IMG/VR virus record: IMGVR_UViG_3300032225_000841 | Span: 1 to 29,003 of that record | Length of the DNA: 29,003 nt | Direction: 5' to 3' (one strand) | From: a virus | Lineage: Duplodnaviria > Caudoviricetes | Shown here: in pieces, positions 1 to 8,428 of the stretch | How positions within the stretch are numbered: position 1 is the stretch's first letter | Layout: every line of letters begins with the position of its first letter | Notes under the pieces: generated by a model | What the model saw: only the letters and a program-made list of their open reading frames with translations | What the model was told of the DNA's origin: nothing | Databases searched by the model: none | Made by a program: the position numbers and the translations under genes

Positions 1-73
1 CATGCCTATACTTAGGCTTGCTTGTCTTAACAATGGCACGGCTGTCACTCATTACGATTGGTTGCTTTAACAT
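1..73 (-). CDS. partial hypothetical protein (runs off window start)
   Basis: ATG at 73 with AAGGAA RBS upstream; open frame MLKQPIVMSDSRAIVKTSKPKYRH to window edge. Confidence 0.55.
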   Translation of the reverse strand, partial: MLKQPIVMSDSRAIVKTSKPKYRH

Positions 74-87
74 TTGTATAGTTCCTT

Positions 88-960
88 TTAGAAGTTGAAT
101 TTATCCAAGATGCTATCAACATCTTTCTTAACGGCTTGTCTTGTGTCGAGGTCTTTGCGTAGGTCATCAACTTCCAAACCATTGATAGCCTGATATAGTG
201 CGATTCGTGCATCTTCTAACTCCTTGTCTTCTGTGATGTTTAAGTCCTTGGCTAATGAACACAACTCCTGCGCAGTATCAAGTAACGAAGCGTGGAACAT
301 ACGTGGTTGTGCCTTACGCCCTGTGTAGTCTACTGTTAGTCTATCCGACATTCTTTTCAGGTGATCTTTCAGTCGGGTCTTGATGTCGCTCATAGCGTTC
401 TCGATACGCTCATCCGCTAAGCTTGCTAACTTCTTACGTAGTTCTTCTTGTGCATCATTACCTACGTCAACCCTAAAGTCACCCGAGGTAGGTACAGGCA
501 TATAGTTCACTCGAAAATCAAAGCGATGCTTGATGTCATCAGGGGTCGGGTATTCGTTGCGGTTAAACATATCACCGAGAGCCATAGCCTGTGCAGTAAT
601 CAAGGTTGGGTAAGTCGTTACGAAGTCATCCACTAGCGCATTGAACTTATCCTCAAACTCTTGCATACGTTGATTGAACTCCATGAATTTAGCGGTAGTC
701 AACAATCTTAAACCACTATCAGACCAAGGCAACGTGACGTCATATAGATAGGTGCGGATAGCGCCTACACATTGGTTAATCGTTTCAAGTTCGGGCCTTC
801 CTGCTAAAAGATTCTTGTTAACTCGAGCCGCACCTTTACTGCCAGCACTCTTGTTTACTAGCACCTCGTCAGTTGTTGTCTTGTCTAGCTTACGTGCTGT
901 CCATTGGCGAACATTAACTTCTACCAACATAGCACAGGTATCAATGTTAAAGCGTGTCAT
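88..960 (-). CDS. conserved phage helical protein (DUF3150-like), third gene of AAA/VWA module
   Basis: 290 aa ORF, AAAGGAAA RBS, largely helical/coiled-coil; directly downstream of the VWA-metallopeptidase. Confidence 0.7.
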   Translation of the reverse strand: MTRFNIDTCAMLVEVNVRQWTARKLDKTTTDEVLVNKSAGSKGAARVNKNLLAGRPELETINQCVGAIRTYLYDVTLPWSDSGLRLLTTAKFMEFNQRMQEFEDKFNALVDDFVTTYPTLITAQAMALGDMFNRNEYPTPDDIKHRFDFRVNYMPVPTSGDFRVDVGNDAQEELRKKLASLADERIENAMSDIKTRLKDHLKRMSDRLTVDYTGRKAQPRMFHASLLDTAQELCSLAKDLNITEDKELEDARIALYQAINGLEVDDLRKDLDTRQAVKKDVDSILDKFNF

Positions 961-986
961 ATTATTTCCTTTCAGTTGTTTTTTGT

Positions 987-2183
987 TTAGCTATAAATTC
1001 TTACAGTCTTACCCTTGTTAGATACAAAGTGGTCATTGTCAACCACACCAAATAGAATCGGACAGTCGGGTAATATGTAGTCTGGTTCTATGTAGCCATC
1101 TGACAATACGATGGTAGCCTTGGGCTTGATTTTGTTGGCAGTCATATACTCTGACACGCACGTTAACCTAGTACCGCCACCACCTTTGGGTTGAAGCATC
1201 TCAGGTATGCGGTGATAGTCTTGCGGTTTAAATATCTGCTCGCCTTCGATGTCGCACTCCCACCATAAGACACGCACTTGCTCAGGCTTAACATTCTCAC
1301 AGATGCGGGCGATCTCACCAAACACAGTACCGTACAAGCCCATCATGGAACCCGAGGTATCGCAAGCAACGACAAGTTCACCAGTAGATTCAGAGAAGTG
1401 ACTAGGCATAAGAATACCCTGAGGTAGTAAGCGTTTGTTAGGTGGTGCAAATCGTGAGTAGTCATCGCCCTCGCATAGCTGAGTAACAAACTCACGTAGA
1501 TGCTCTCGCCAATTAGTGTCACGCTTCATGGTCAGTCTATCTAATGCACTACCGCCACGAGCAGTACCGCGTTCTGCAATACGCTTGGCTAACATCTTGC
1601 CTTGATGCAACGCTTCGCTAATCTCCTGTGCAGTCTTGTCAGCTAACGCTTCTTTGAGTTTGCCCATGATGTGTGAGTCTAACGCATTGCCGTCACCGCC
1701 AGCAGTCGGATCACCGCCTGTTTCCTCACACTCTTTGATTAAGTCTTGCAATACCTCAACGAATGACCAACCAAAATACTTCTTGTCGAGTAATGGTGCG
1801 ACTGCGGTTGGATGTTCTACAAAAGAATGAGTCGGGTCGGTTTCCTCAATAGTGCCATTGACTACATAATCCATAGCCTGATTGCATAGCATAGGATACT
1901 TATCACATAAAGACTTATAGCTAGTGCAATGATGTAGTGCTTTGTGTAGTGACTCATGCAAAACTAAAAACCGCAACTGCTTACGTGTCATGTCTTGAAT
2001 AAAAGCTGGAGAATAAACAACATTACGACCGTCAGTTGCCGCAGTCTTAATGTCATCATCTAGCCTAACATCGCCGACATACACAATGCCTGACAACGTA
2101 GCGAACAATGCGCTGTTACTGATGTCCACATGACACGCTATGATGCGGTCGTTAAGCGACATCTTTTCCCATACTGAACTCAT
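987..2183 (-). CDS. HEXXH metallopeptidase-like + VWA domain protein (DUF2201-like)
   Basis: TAATDG and LHESLH (HEXXH) in the N-terminal half; MIDAS motif DTSGS...GGGT...SDG in the C-terminal half; AGGAG RBS. Confidence 0.88.
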   Translation of the reverse strand: MSSVWEKMSLNDRIIACHVDISNSALFATLSGIVYVGDVRLDDDIKTAATDGRNVVYSPAFIQDMTRKQLRFLVLHESLHKALHHCTSYKSLCDKYPMLCNQAMDYVVNGTIEETDPTHSFVEHPTAVAPLLDKKYFGWSFVEVLQDLIKECEETGGDPTAGGDGNALDSHIMGKLKEALADKTAQEISEALHQGKMLAKRIAERGTARGGSALDRLTMKRDTNWREHLREFVTQLCEGDDYSRFAPPNKRLLPQGILMPSHFSESTGELVVACDTSGSMMGLYGTVFGEIARICENVKPEQVRVLWWECDIEGEQIFKPQDYHRIPEMLQPKGGGGTRLTCVSEYMTANKIKPKATIVLSDGYIEPDYILPDCPILFGVVDNDHFVSNKGKTVRIYS

Positions 2184-2193
2184 AGTAATCTCC

Positions 2194-3315
2194 TTACTTG
2201 CCTGTGAAGTAAATCTTGTTATCTTGCAACATGGTTTGGAATGGCTTGACAGTCACGAAGTTAGATACCCTTGATGATTGTGCAAGGTTGTGACAGAACA
2301 TAGACTGCATCTCTCTACGCATACGCAAGATGTATTCGCATACTGCCTCGGCTTCCTCACGACCGTTAGTTTGTGTAATGCACTTAAGAACTGTAATGAT
2401 CTGCGCCATAGGATTCTCAGGAACAGGGCAAGTCTTAGGTTCTTTAAGGATGCGTGGGAATGGAGGTGTCTGCTCACCGAACTGAATGAAAGACTTGAGC
2501 GACTCAGCACCAGCCTCACCCATCGTGCCTGATAACGCAGACAGCATTGTGTCTGTGTCCATACCATCCTTAGAGTAAACAATGTCTGACGAAGCGTGCA
2601 AGCTACGAGGTGTTACATAAGAAGTCTGCGCCACACTAGGGTTGAAGATGTATGCGTTGTGTGCTTCTTGTCGTTGCCCGTCATACTTAGCGCCTGACTG
2701 ATAGTCAAGGAAGCTATCGAACAATGTCTGACCTATCTCGTCAGTCCATGCAATAACCTCGGGTGCAACACCCTTGTCAATGGCCCACTCACGCCACTCT
2801 AACTGCGTAGGCTTACGCATTTTGACAAACACTAAACGATTGCGGAGGTGCGCTTGAATGGAATCGCCAAGACCCTCGACTGATAAGTTAGTTGCACAGA
2901 AGATTACAGAACCCTCGGGTGCGTGGTAGTTGCCTACTCGTCTTTCGTAAACGATTGGTGCTAGCACATCCTTGATATACTGCCGAGCCTTAGCGATCTC
3001 GTCTAAGAAGATAAGTGCTGGTCGTGAACCGTTGATGCCCTTCTGATTGGTCTTGCTGATACCAAAGCGTTCGTTAGGTAACTCTCGGCTAACACCTTGC
3101 TCACGATCAATGTCAGGCATCCACACCGAGCCGTCAGATAACTGAGTGCAGTCAATGGGGTCAACGTGAATGTGATTGGCAAAGAATGGGTCGTTAGCTA
3201 GGTGGTAGAACAAGCCAGTCTTACCGATACCATTCTCACCCTCGACAATGATGGTGCGCTTGTGACCTACTGCTTTGATGAGTTGTGTAACTTGTTTGAA
3301 TGAAAGCATTTGCAT
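2194..3315 (-). CDS. MoxR-like AAA+ ATPase
   Basis: Walker A GENGIGKT, Walker B LIFLDE, sensor ATN, Arg finger LRNR, sensor-2-like TPRS; adjacent to the VWA gene. Confidence 0.9.
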   Translation of the reverse strand: MQMLSFKQVTQLIKAVGHKRTIIVEGENGIGKTGLFYHLANDPFFANHIHVDPIDCTQLSDGSVWMPDIDREQGVSRELPNERFGISKTNQKGINGSRPALIFLDEIAKARQYIKDVLAPIVYERRVGNYHAPEGSVIFCATNLSVEGLGDSIQAHLRNRLVFVKMRKPTQLEWREWAIDKGVAPEVIAWTDEIGQTLFDSFLDYQSGAKYDGQRQEAHNAYIFNPSVAQTSYVTPRSLHASSDIVYSKDGMDTDTMLSALSGTMGEAGAESLKSFIQFGEQTPPFPRILKEPKTCPVPENPMAQIITVLKCITQTNGREEAEAVCEYILRMRREMQSMFCHNLAQSSRVSNFVTVKPFQTMLQDNKIYFTGK

Positions 3316-3397
3316 AATGAACTACCTTTCTATGTTGTTAATGAACTGCGTGAGGTACTACTTATAGTTGTTTTGGGTGTTACCCCATGATGATACT

Positions 3398-3421
3398 CCT
3401 GTGTCCATAGTTAGACACAGG
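3398..3421. promoter_or_regulatory. palindromic operator-like site CCTGTGTC-N8-GACACAGG (core TGTCCA-N4-TAGACA)
   Basis: 8-bp perfect inverted arms in intergenic DNA upstream of the AAA gene; related site at 8191-8206, half-site at 7487-7495. Confidence 0.5.
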
Positions 3422-3456
3422 TACAAACCCTAATACTACGGGTAGTGCTACTGATA

Positions 3457-4431
3457 CTAGGTGAAGTATTTTCTAGGTACTGTTTCCATGAACTGACCCC
3501 AAGGTGTCTTGACTGTGCCTGTCTTGAGGTCTGCAACACCGAGTAATCTGCTGGTCATTGCTTTCTTGAACTCCTCGGCGGTGACTTCTTCTGCTACCTC
3601 ATGTTGTTTCTTAAAGAGTGCTTGTTGCTCGTCATTAGACTTACCCCACATACGGAACAGACTGCCTTGCCAACGCTCACCCTCAGGTATGTAGTTGTAA
3701 ACCTTGTGGCTAGCCGAGATGTTGAACACCGCTTGCCCTAAGTCTAAGAACGCTTCGATATAACGTGGGTCTTCGGTGTTAGCTTCACCTACACTACGGG
3801 CAGTTTCCTCAAACCTACTGATCTCGATTGGTGCGTTGCGCCATGCAGTACCGAATGGCTGACCGAGTTCTTCTTTGATCTGCACGCTGGCTCTGTACTC
3901 AGGTAGCCTGAACATGGCAAGCGTCATAAGGGTGTCGAGTTTAGCTTTGAACTCTTTGCGTCTTTGCTTATCCTCTGCGCTTGACTTGTATGTGTAGATG
4001 TCTTTGTGCCATGACTTGCCTTTGATTAGTAGTCCGTCTTGATTGAAGTAAAGGGTTGCAGATGGTGTATGTTGTCCTTGTGAACTATCCCAGCTAGCTA
4101 CGTAAGGAACCACAACTTGCTTGCCCTCTGTCGTTGTTAAGTTATGGTAGTTAAGACCTTGCTCATACATAAATATGTTAGTGGTTTGGCTAGCGTAGTA
4201 GTTCATTTCTACATAGCGTGTACCGTCTGCTTCGGGTGGGTAGAAGGTTGCTACCTTGGTGTTGTACAAGCGATAGTAGATAGCGCCGTCTGATGTTTTG
4301 TGTATGCCCATATGATCTGCCGATACGTTTCTTAAATACCTTGGGCTATCGGGCATAGACAACCACTTCTTACTGCGTGTTGGTTGCTTGCTGTGTTCGT
4401 ACTGTCCTAATGCTTCTTCGTATGTTCTCAT
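3457..4431 (-). CDS. hypothetical protein (324 aa from MRTYEE)
   Basis: ORF track gives 3457-4515; ATG at 4431 has a strong RBS (CAACGAAAGGAAA) and is the likelier start. Confidence 0.75.
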   Translation of the reverse strand: MRTYEEALGQYEHSKQPTRSKKWLSMPDSPRYLRNVSADHMGIHKTSDGAIYYRLYNTKVATFYPPEADGTRYVEMNYYASQTTNIFMYEQGLNYHNLTTTEGKQVVVPYVASWDSSQGQHTPSATLYFNQDGLLIKGKSWHKDIYTYKSSAEDKQRRKEFKAKLDTLMTLAMFRLPEYRASVQIKEELGQPFGTAWRNAPIEISRFEETARSVGEANTEDPRYIEAFLDLGQAVFNISASHKVYNYIPEGERWQGSLFRMWGKSNDEQQALFKKQHEVAEEVTAEEFKKAMTSRLLGVADLKTGTVKTPWGQFMETVPRKYFT

Positions 4432-4545
4432 TTGATTTCCTTTCGTTGAGTTTGCTTCTAAAAATTTTAAGTGTCGTAGGTATATCGTTTGTCTTGCATA
4501 GTAATAGTAACTCACACCATCTCTCCCTCCTCGTTGTGTTTGGTT

Positions 4546-5178
4546 TCAGTTAAATGAGATAGATATGTTCTGTAACTTCTCCTCTATCAGTTCTGCTAGC
4601 TTTTCTTCTACAACACCGTCAATCACGCTATCTACTTTGTCCTGCACTATGTCATGAATGTCGCAATGATCCTCGATGTTGAAGTTGTATGAGAAGTAGT
4701 TGTCCACCTCATCACTAACCTTATCCGATACTGCTTCGCTAACCAACTCATCAAAGTCTTGAGCATCTACGGCTTGCCCCACCGTTTCTGTAAACCATTC
4801 AGCATTTTGAAGCACAGTATCCACAGCCTCACGCAGGCCCTCGCCCCCTGACACTGGTTGCTCTTGCTTATTATTAGTCTGTGTTTGTAGTTCTAGGATG
4901 GCGTTGACAAGGGTAGTAAATGATTGTGTAAGTTGTTGTGCTAGTTGATGTATGTTTGGTTTTGCTTGGGGTGATGTATCTACCGCCCTATACTGCGCCC
5001 CTGTTGCGCCTTGTATGATTGTGCTTGTGTCTGTGGTGGAGGTATTCTCCACGAAGGTGTTGCTCTTGCCTTCACCCATCTTCTCTAGTGTAGCTTTCCC
5101 TAATTCAATCATCGCTTCTTCTTCCTCTCTTGTTGGTATGTCGGTTGGTGTTAAGTCCTGCATTGTGAATGTTGTCAT
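4546..5178 (-). CDS. hypothetical acidic protein
   Basis: 210 aa, RBS AAAGGAAA, very Asp/Glu-rich helical C-terminal half. Confidence 0.75.
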   Translation of the reverse strand: MTTFTMQDLTPTDIPTREEEEAMIELGKATLEKMGEGKSNTFVENTSTTDTSTIIQGATGAQYRAVDTSPQAKPNIHQLAQQLTQSFTTLVNAILELQTQTNNKQEQPVSGGEGLREAVDTVLQNAEWFTETVGQAVDAQDFDELVSEAVSDKVSDEVDNYFSYNFNIEDHCDIHDIVQDKVDSVIDGVVEEKLAELIEEKLQNISISFN

Positions 5179-5318
5179 GCTATTTCCTTTAGTTTTACTT
5201 GTTCAAGAATGTGTGATGCTAGTGCTACCAAGTCAGGGTCGTTTATAAAATAGAACTCAACCGCCCTATTTAATGCTTGTATGTCGCCTTCGTTTAGTGT
5301 TAGTTGTATTGTTGTCAT
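5175..5318 (-). CDS. small hypothetical protein (47 aa, MTTIQLTLNEGDIQALNRAVEFYF...)
   Basis: Not in ORF track; ATGA overlaps with both neighbours; AAGGA RBS. Confidence 0.7.
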   Translation of the reverse strand: MTTIQLTLNEGDIQALNRAVEFYFINDPDLVALASHILEQVKLKEIA

Positions 5319-5506
5319 GCTGTCATTTCCTTTCTTACTGCGTTGATTGCATCCATCGGGTCTTTTGCCATGATCTGCACTACGTGTGGTTGCCAGTCCC
5401 CACCTGATTCTTTAAGTTCAAACTCAACCTCATGTAGCGCCATTTCGTCAATACTATCCTTGTCTATACATCTGCCATATACATTTCTAAACTCGACCAT
5501 ACTCAT
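5315..5506 (-). CDS. hypothetical protein
   Basis: 63 aa, AAGGAG RBS, ATGA coupling to neighbours. Confidence 0.7.
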   Translation of the reverse strand: MSMVEFRNVYGRCIDKDSIDEMALHEVEFELKESGGDWQPHVVQIMAKDPMDAINAVRKEMTA

Positions 5507-5916
5507 GCTAGTTCTCCTTCGGTTGTTAAGATTGGTTTCATTTGGTTCTCATCTACGCACACATCTATGCTTCGGTTAATACTGGTGTAGTCCCACAGGT
5601 CGTCATAGTCCCCGTCTTCCTCGATCTCTATGTCCTCTAGTTCTTCACCGATACGGGTAAACCTATACCCTGCGCCCTCGAATAACTCCACCGCCTGTAA
5701 GAAGATTTGGGTATGCGCCTTGACATCAGGGTATGAGTCATACCACTTCACATCATCAGCGTGGAAGAACAGCTTGTTATCTTCTAGTTTGCTAAGTTCT
5801 TTGAGAGCCTGTGCGGTGTGCTCGTCGTTTGCCACGATCAGCATATTTATATACGCTTCCCTATCTGCGCTATCTTTGAACGCTACTACATATGCTACCT
5901 CTGATCTATACCCCAT
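5503..5916 (-). CDS. hypothetical acidic protein (MGYRSEV... early phage protein)
   Basis: 137 aa, GGGGG RBS-like element, acidic RIGEELEDIEIEEDGDYDD stretch. Confidence 0.8.
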   Translation of the reverse strand: MGYRSEVAYVVAFKDSADREAYINMLIVANDEHTAQALKELSKLEDNKLFFHADDVKWYDSYPDVKAHTQIFLQAVELFEGAGYRFTRIGEELEDIEIEEDGDYDDLWDYTSINRSIDVCVDENQMKPILTTEGELA

Positions 5917-6001
5917 AAACCCCCCTGATTGAAAGACGAACTACTGATAAAAGAATAACTAAAGCTACGATAACTACTCCAAACACTAATCTATCTGCCA
6001 T
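5906..6001 (-). CDS. 31-aa single-pass membrane peptide
   Basis: Not in ORF track; GGAGG RBS; MADRLVFGVVIVALVILLSVVRLSIRGVYGV. Confidence 0.55.
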   Translation of the reverse strand: MADRLVFGVVIVALVILLSVVRLSIRGVYGV

Positions 6002-6089
6002 AAAAACCTCCTGTATAAAAAAAGATATGTGCCAACATGAAGGCCCATATCAACGCCAACGCTATCCTAGTAATCCAATCGCCATTCAT
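5991..6089 (-). CDS. 32-aa hydrophobic membrane peptide
   Basis: Not in ORF track; ATGA overlap with the upstream gene, GGAGG RBS; MNGDWITRIALALIWAFMLAHIFFYTGGFYGR. Confidence 0.6.
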   Translation of the reverse strand: MNGDWITRIALALIWAFMLAHIFFYTGGFYGR

Positions 6090-6304
6090 AACATTACCCT
6101 CCGTAAGCCTAGTTTAAAGAAGGTCTGCGTGGTGTAGAGATACCCGTCATCCCCTGTTAGATACCGCACCCTAGCTTCCTCGCTTTCCTCATGTAGTTCT
6201 AGTAGTTCGTAGCGTGAGTAGAATCCTTTCCTATCTTTTAGTGTGACCCACTCGTTTTCTTGTACCTCTCTGCCTGTTTTGTTATTGATTACCATTGTCT
6301 TCAT
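6086..6304 (-). CDS. hypothetical protein
   Basis: 72 aa, AGGAG RBS. Confidence 0.75.
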   Translation of the reverse strand: MKTMVINNKTGREVQENEWVTLKDRKGFYSRYELLELHEESEEARVRYLTGDDGYLYTTQTFFKLGLRRVML

Positions 6305-6818
6305 GATGTTTCTCCTGTTGTGTAAGTTGTTTGGGTAGTTGCTTTGGTCGTGGGAATAGCTTGCGTTTGGTAGAGAACTTAGTTCGATATGGTATTGCTT
6401 CGTATCTTTCTAGTAACTTAGCTTTCTCTACGCTATCAACCCAATCAGTCCAGTCCCGTTTAGTTCTGTCTGTGTTTATCGGAGTTGCCTCTCGCTTCTG
6501 TTTGTAGGTGTTTAGTATGTGTCGTGTGTTGAGTAGGCAGTCCAAGTAAGCTAAATAAAACAAGTGCAGTTCGGGGTTGTGCTTTGCGTGGTATTTAGTA
6601 TTGATCTTGATGATGTTGATGTGGTTAGTTAGTGGCCTTATGAGATCGCACCACCTTCGGTATCTGACTTTGTTTTCAATGCGTTGCTTATTGATTTGTT
6701 TCTTACGCTTGGTTACATCTTCTTTTATTTGTTCGATTGTGTTTAGTGGTAGGTTTCGTTTAGTTAGTAAGTTGTGTAACTTGTTTTTTGAAATCTTTGT
6801 GTAAGATGTGTGCCTCAT
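6282..6818 (-). CDS. hypothetical basic protein adjacent to putative origin
   Basis: 178 aa, Lys/Arg-rich, AAAGGAA RBS. Confidence 0.7.
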   Translation of the reverse strand: MRHTSYTKISKNKLHNLLTKRNLPLNTIEQIKEDVTKRKKQINKQRIENKVRYRRWCDLIRPLTNHINIIKINTKYHAKHNPELHLFYLAYLDCLLNTRHILNTYKQKREATPINTDRTKRDWTDWVDSVEKAKLLERYEAIPYRTKFSTKRKLFPRPKQLPKQLTQQEKHHEDNGNQ

Positions 6819-6849
6819 TTGTTCCTTTCAGGTGGAGAAATCCTCCACT

Positions 6850-7165
6850 TGTCCTAGTTTTGTCCACTTTTGTCCACTTCTGTCCTAGCTTTATTAGCTT
6901 TTGTCCCGTGCTATGGACACCCGCTAGCCCTTATTGTATATGCCTTTGTTGATAGTGTGTTCCGATTTCCAGTAGTTTTTAGGAAAAGATAAACACCAAG
7001 AGGAAAGGGAAGTTCCAAGAATGTCCACTTATATAAGCCTATATATATAAATATCTTTATCTTTAATTATATATATACATTGTGGACACAAGTGGACAGG
7101 ACTCATATAGAATAAGGGTTAGCGGTTGACCATCGGTTTGTCTGAGGGCTAATAAAGCTAGGATT
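6850..7165. other. putative replication origin: iterons, AT-rich core and symmetric inverted repeats
   Basis: TGTCC repeats at 6850/6861/6871/6881/6902/7022 and inverted GGACA at 6915/7084/7094; AT-rich TATA tracts 7030-7080; two inverted-repeat pairs with a common centre at 7023. Confidence 0.6.
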
Positions 7166-7170
7166 TTGTC

Positions 7171-7198
7171 GGACTACTGTATATAACACCAGTAGTCC
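7171..7198. terminator. hairpin GGACTACTG-N10-CAGTAGTCC
   Basis: 9-bp perfect stem just downstream of the 7208-7450 gene; no clear U-tract. Confidence 0.35.
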
Positions 7199-7207
7199 CA
7201 TGTTTCA

Positions 7208-7450
7208 CTATACTCTCGCCATTTCCCATTCCTTTCTGTGTATCTCTGCGAGCCTTATAGTGGTCATAGCGACCCATTCGCCATCGAGTTGATCCTCCCC
7301 CCTTAACTTCATGACAGCGTTGATAGCGGGCTTGCTATGGGCATAGATTTGGGGTTTGTTTTTTGTGTTGCGCTTGAACTCCATGATGAGTCCATCTTTT
7401 TTGTATACAACTACAAAGCCTACGGGGTTGCGTTTAGTTTGGTTTAGCAT
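7208..7450 (-). CDS. hypothetical protein
   Basis: 80 aa, AAAGGAG RBS. Confidence 0.75.
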   Translation of the reverse strand: MLNQTKRNPVGFVVVYKKDGLIMEFKRNTKNKPQIYAHSKPAINAVMKLRGEDQLDGEWVAMTTIRLAEIHRKEWEMARV

Positions 7451-7493
7451 GGTGTTGCTCCTTTAGTTGAGTTTAGTGATGCGAGGTTAGACA

Positions 7494-7531
7494 CAAAACG
7501 AAACAGCGCAGAAGCCTCGCACTCCTGCGCT
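7494..7531 (-). terminator. intrinsic terminator/attenuator after first early gene
   Basis: Minus-strand stem AGCGCAGGAG/CTTCTGCGCT followed by GTTTCGTTTTG. Confidence 0.5.
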
Positions 7532-7556
7532 TTCCTAACTTCTTTGTAAAGCATGA

Positions 7557-7970
7557 TTAAATCTTCGCTAAGAAAGCCTTGCGTTGTGTTGGTGTGAGTG
7601 CTTTGAACTGTGTAAGTAACTTGGTAACTACATCAGGCTTAGCTTTCGTAGTCGGTTTGGTGGAGGTTTTCTCCACTTGGCTTGGCATATAGTATTTAAG
7701 CATAGCCCTTGCACACTCACTCTCATCACTCGCACCGTTCTTCTTAGCTTCAAAGCCTAGCGAACCTGCATAACTACCTTTGGTAATCTCGATTGTGGGA
7801 ACTCGTTTCTTAATACTGATGAGCCTTGCTATGTTGCTACGCACCTCTAGCTGTGCGTTGATGGTCATGCTGTTAAACACAGGGGCAAACTTCTGCATAG
7901 CATCACCGAGATCAAACCCTGCGTTGATGTGCTTCTCTACTGCATTGATGTAGTTAGTAACTTGTTTCAT
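7557..7970 (-). CDS. first gene of early (leftward) operon, hypothetical
   Basis: 137 aa, AAGGAG RBS, directly behind an extended -10 promoter. Confidence 0.8.
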   Translation of the reverse strand: MKQVTNYINAVEKHINAGFDLGDAMQKFAPVFNSMTINAQLEVRSNIARLISIKKRVPTIEITKGSYAGSLGFEAKKNGASDESECARAMLKYYMPSQVEKTSTKPTTKAKPDVVTKLLTQFKALTPTQRKAFLAKI

Positions 7971-8025
7971 GGTATAGCTCCTTCGTTGTGTATCGGCTTA
8001 GCACAATGCCTTACTCGATACCTCT

Positions 8026-8034
8026 ATTATACCA
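8026..8034 (-). promoter_or_regulatory. extended -10 sigma70 promoter (TGGTATAAT) for leftward early genes
   Basis: Perfect TGnTATAAT about 55 nt upstream of ATG 7970. Confidence 0.6.
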
Positions 8035-8190
8035 AATGGGCTACTAGCCGTAGTATAGATTTAGCCTATTCTGACCCCACTACACCCCCACCAAGCCTAA
8101 TTTGGCTGACCATGCCCACTGCGCCCTAACACTATTCCTCAGCCATAATTTAATTTTTTGTCAAATTTTGTAAAAAAATCACGCAGTCTA

Positions 8191-8206
8191 TGTCAAATCT
8201 TAGACA
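8191..8206. promoter_or_regulatory. operator-like imperfect palindrome TGTCAA-N4-TAGACA
   Basis: Same architecture as the site at 3402-3417. Confidence 0.45.
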
Positions 8207-8336
8207 CAAAAATAGATAATGGGGGTATAAAAGGTACCCATAGGTACCAAAAAGGAACCTTAACTACAACCTGTAGGTATCAAAAGTTTCCCGATCAAGC
8301 AATTCTGCTAAAAAAATAGGCAAAAACAACTAAATA

Positions 8337-8350
8337 TTCCCGATCGGGAA
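8337..8350. promoter_or_regulatory. perfect 14-bp palindrome TTCCCGATCGGGAA
   Basis: Seen directly; partial copy TTCCCGATC at 8288-8296; abuts the promoter below. Confidence 0.5.
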
Positions 8351-8351
8351 A

Positions 8352-8382
8352 TGTTGCAGTGCAACAAAATGTAACGTATACT
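8352..8382 (+). promoter_or_regulatory. sigma70 promoter TTGCAG-N17-TATACT overlapped by palindrome TGTTGCAGTGCAACA (PhaR-box-like)
   Basis: -35 at 8354-8359, -10 at 8377-8382; 15-bp palindrome 8352-8366 with TGC-N3-GCA core. Confidence 0.65.
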
Positions 8383-8428
8383 ATACAAAATGGGAAAATA
8401 GTTTCCCAAACTAAACAAAGGAAAAATC

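Noticed and set aside
6850-6905. CRISPR-like or mini-array repeats
   Set aside because: Units are about 10 bp with no unique spacers; iteron-like instead
7929-8129. 66-aa plus-strand ORF across the early promoter
   Set aside because: Overlaps the first early gene and its promoter in antisense; no RBS
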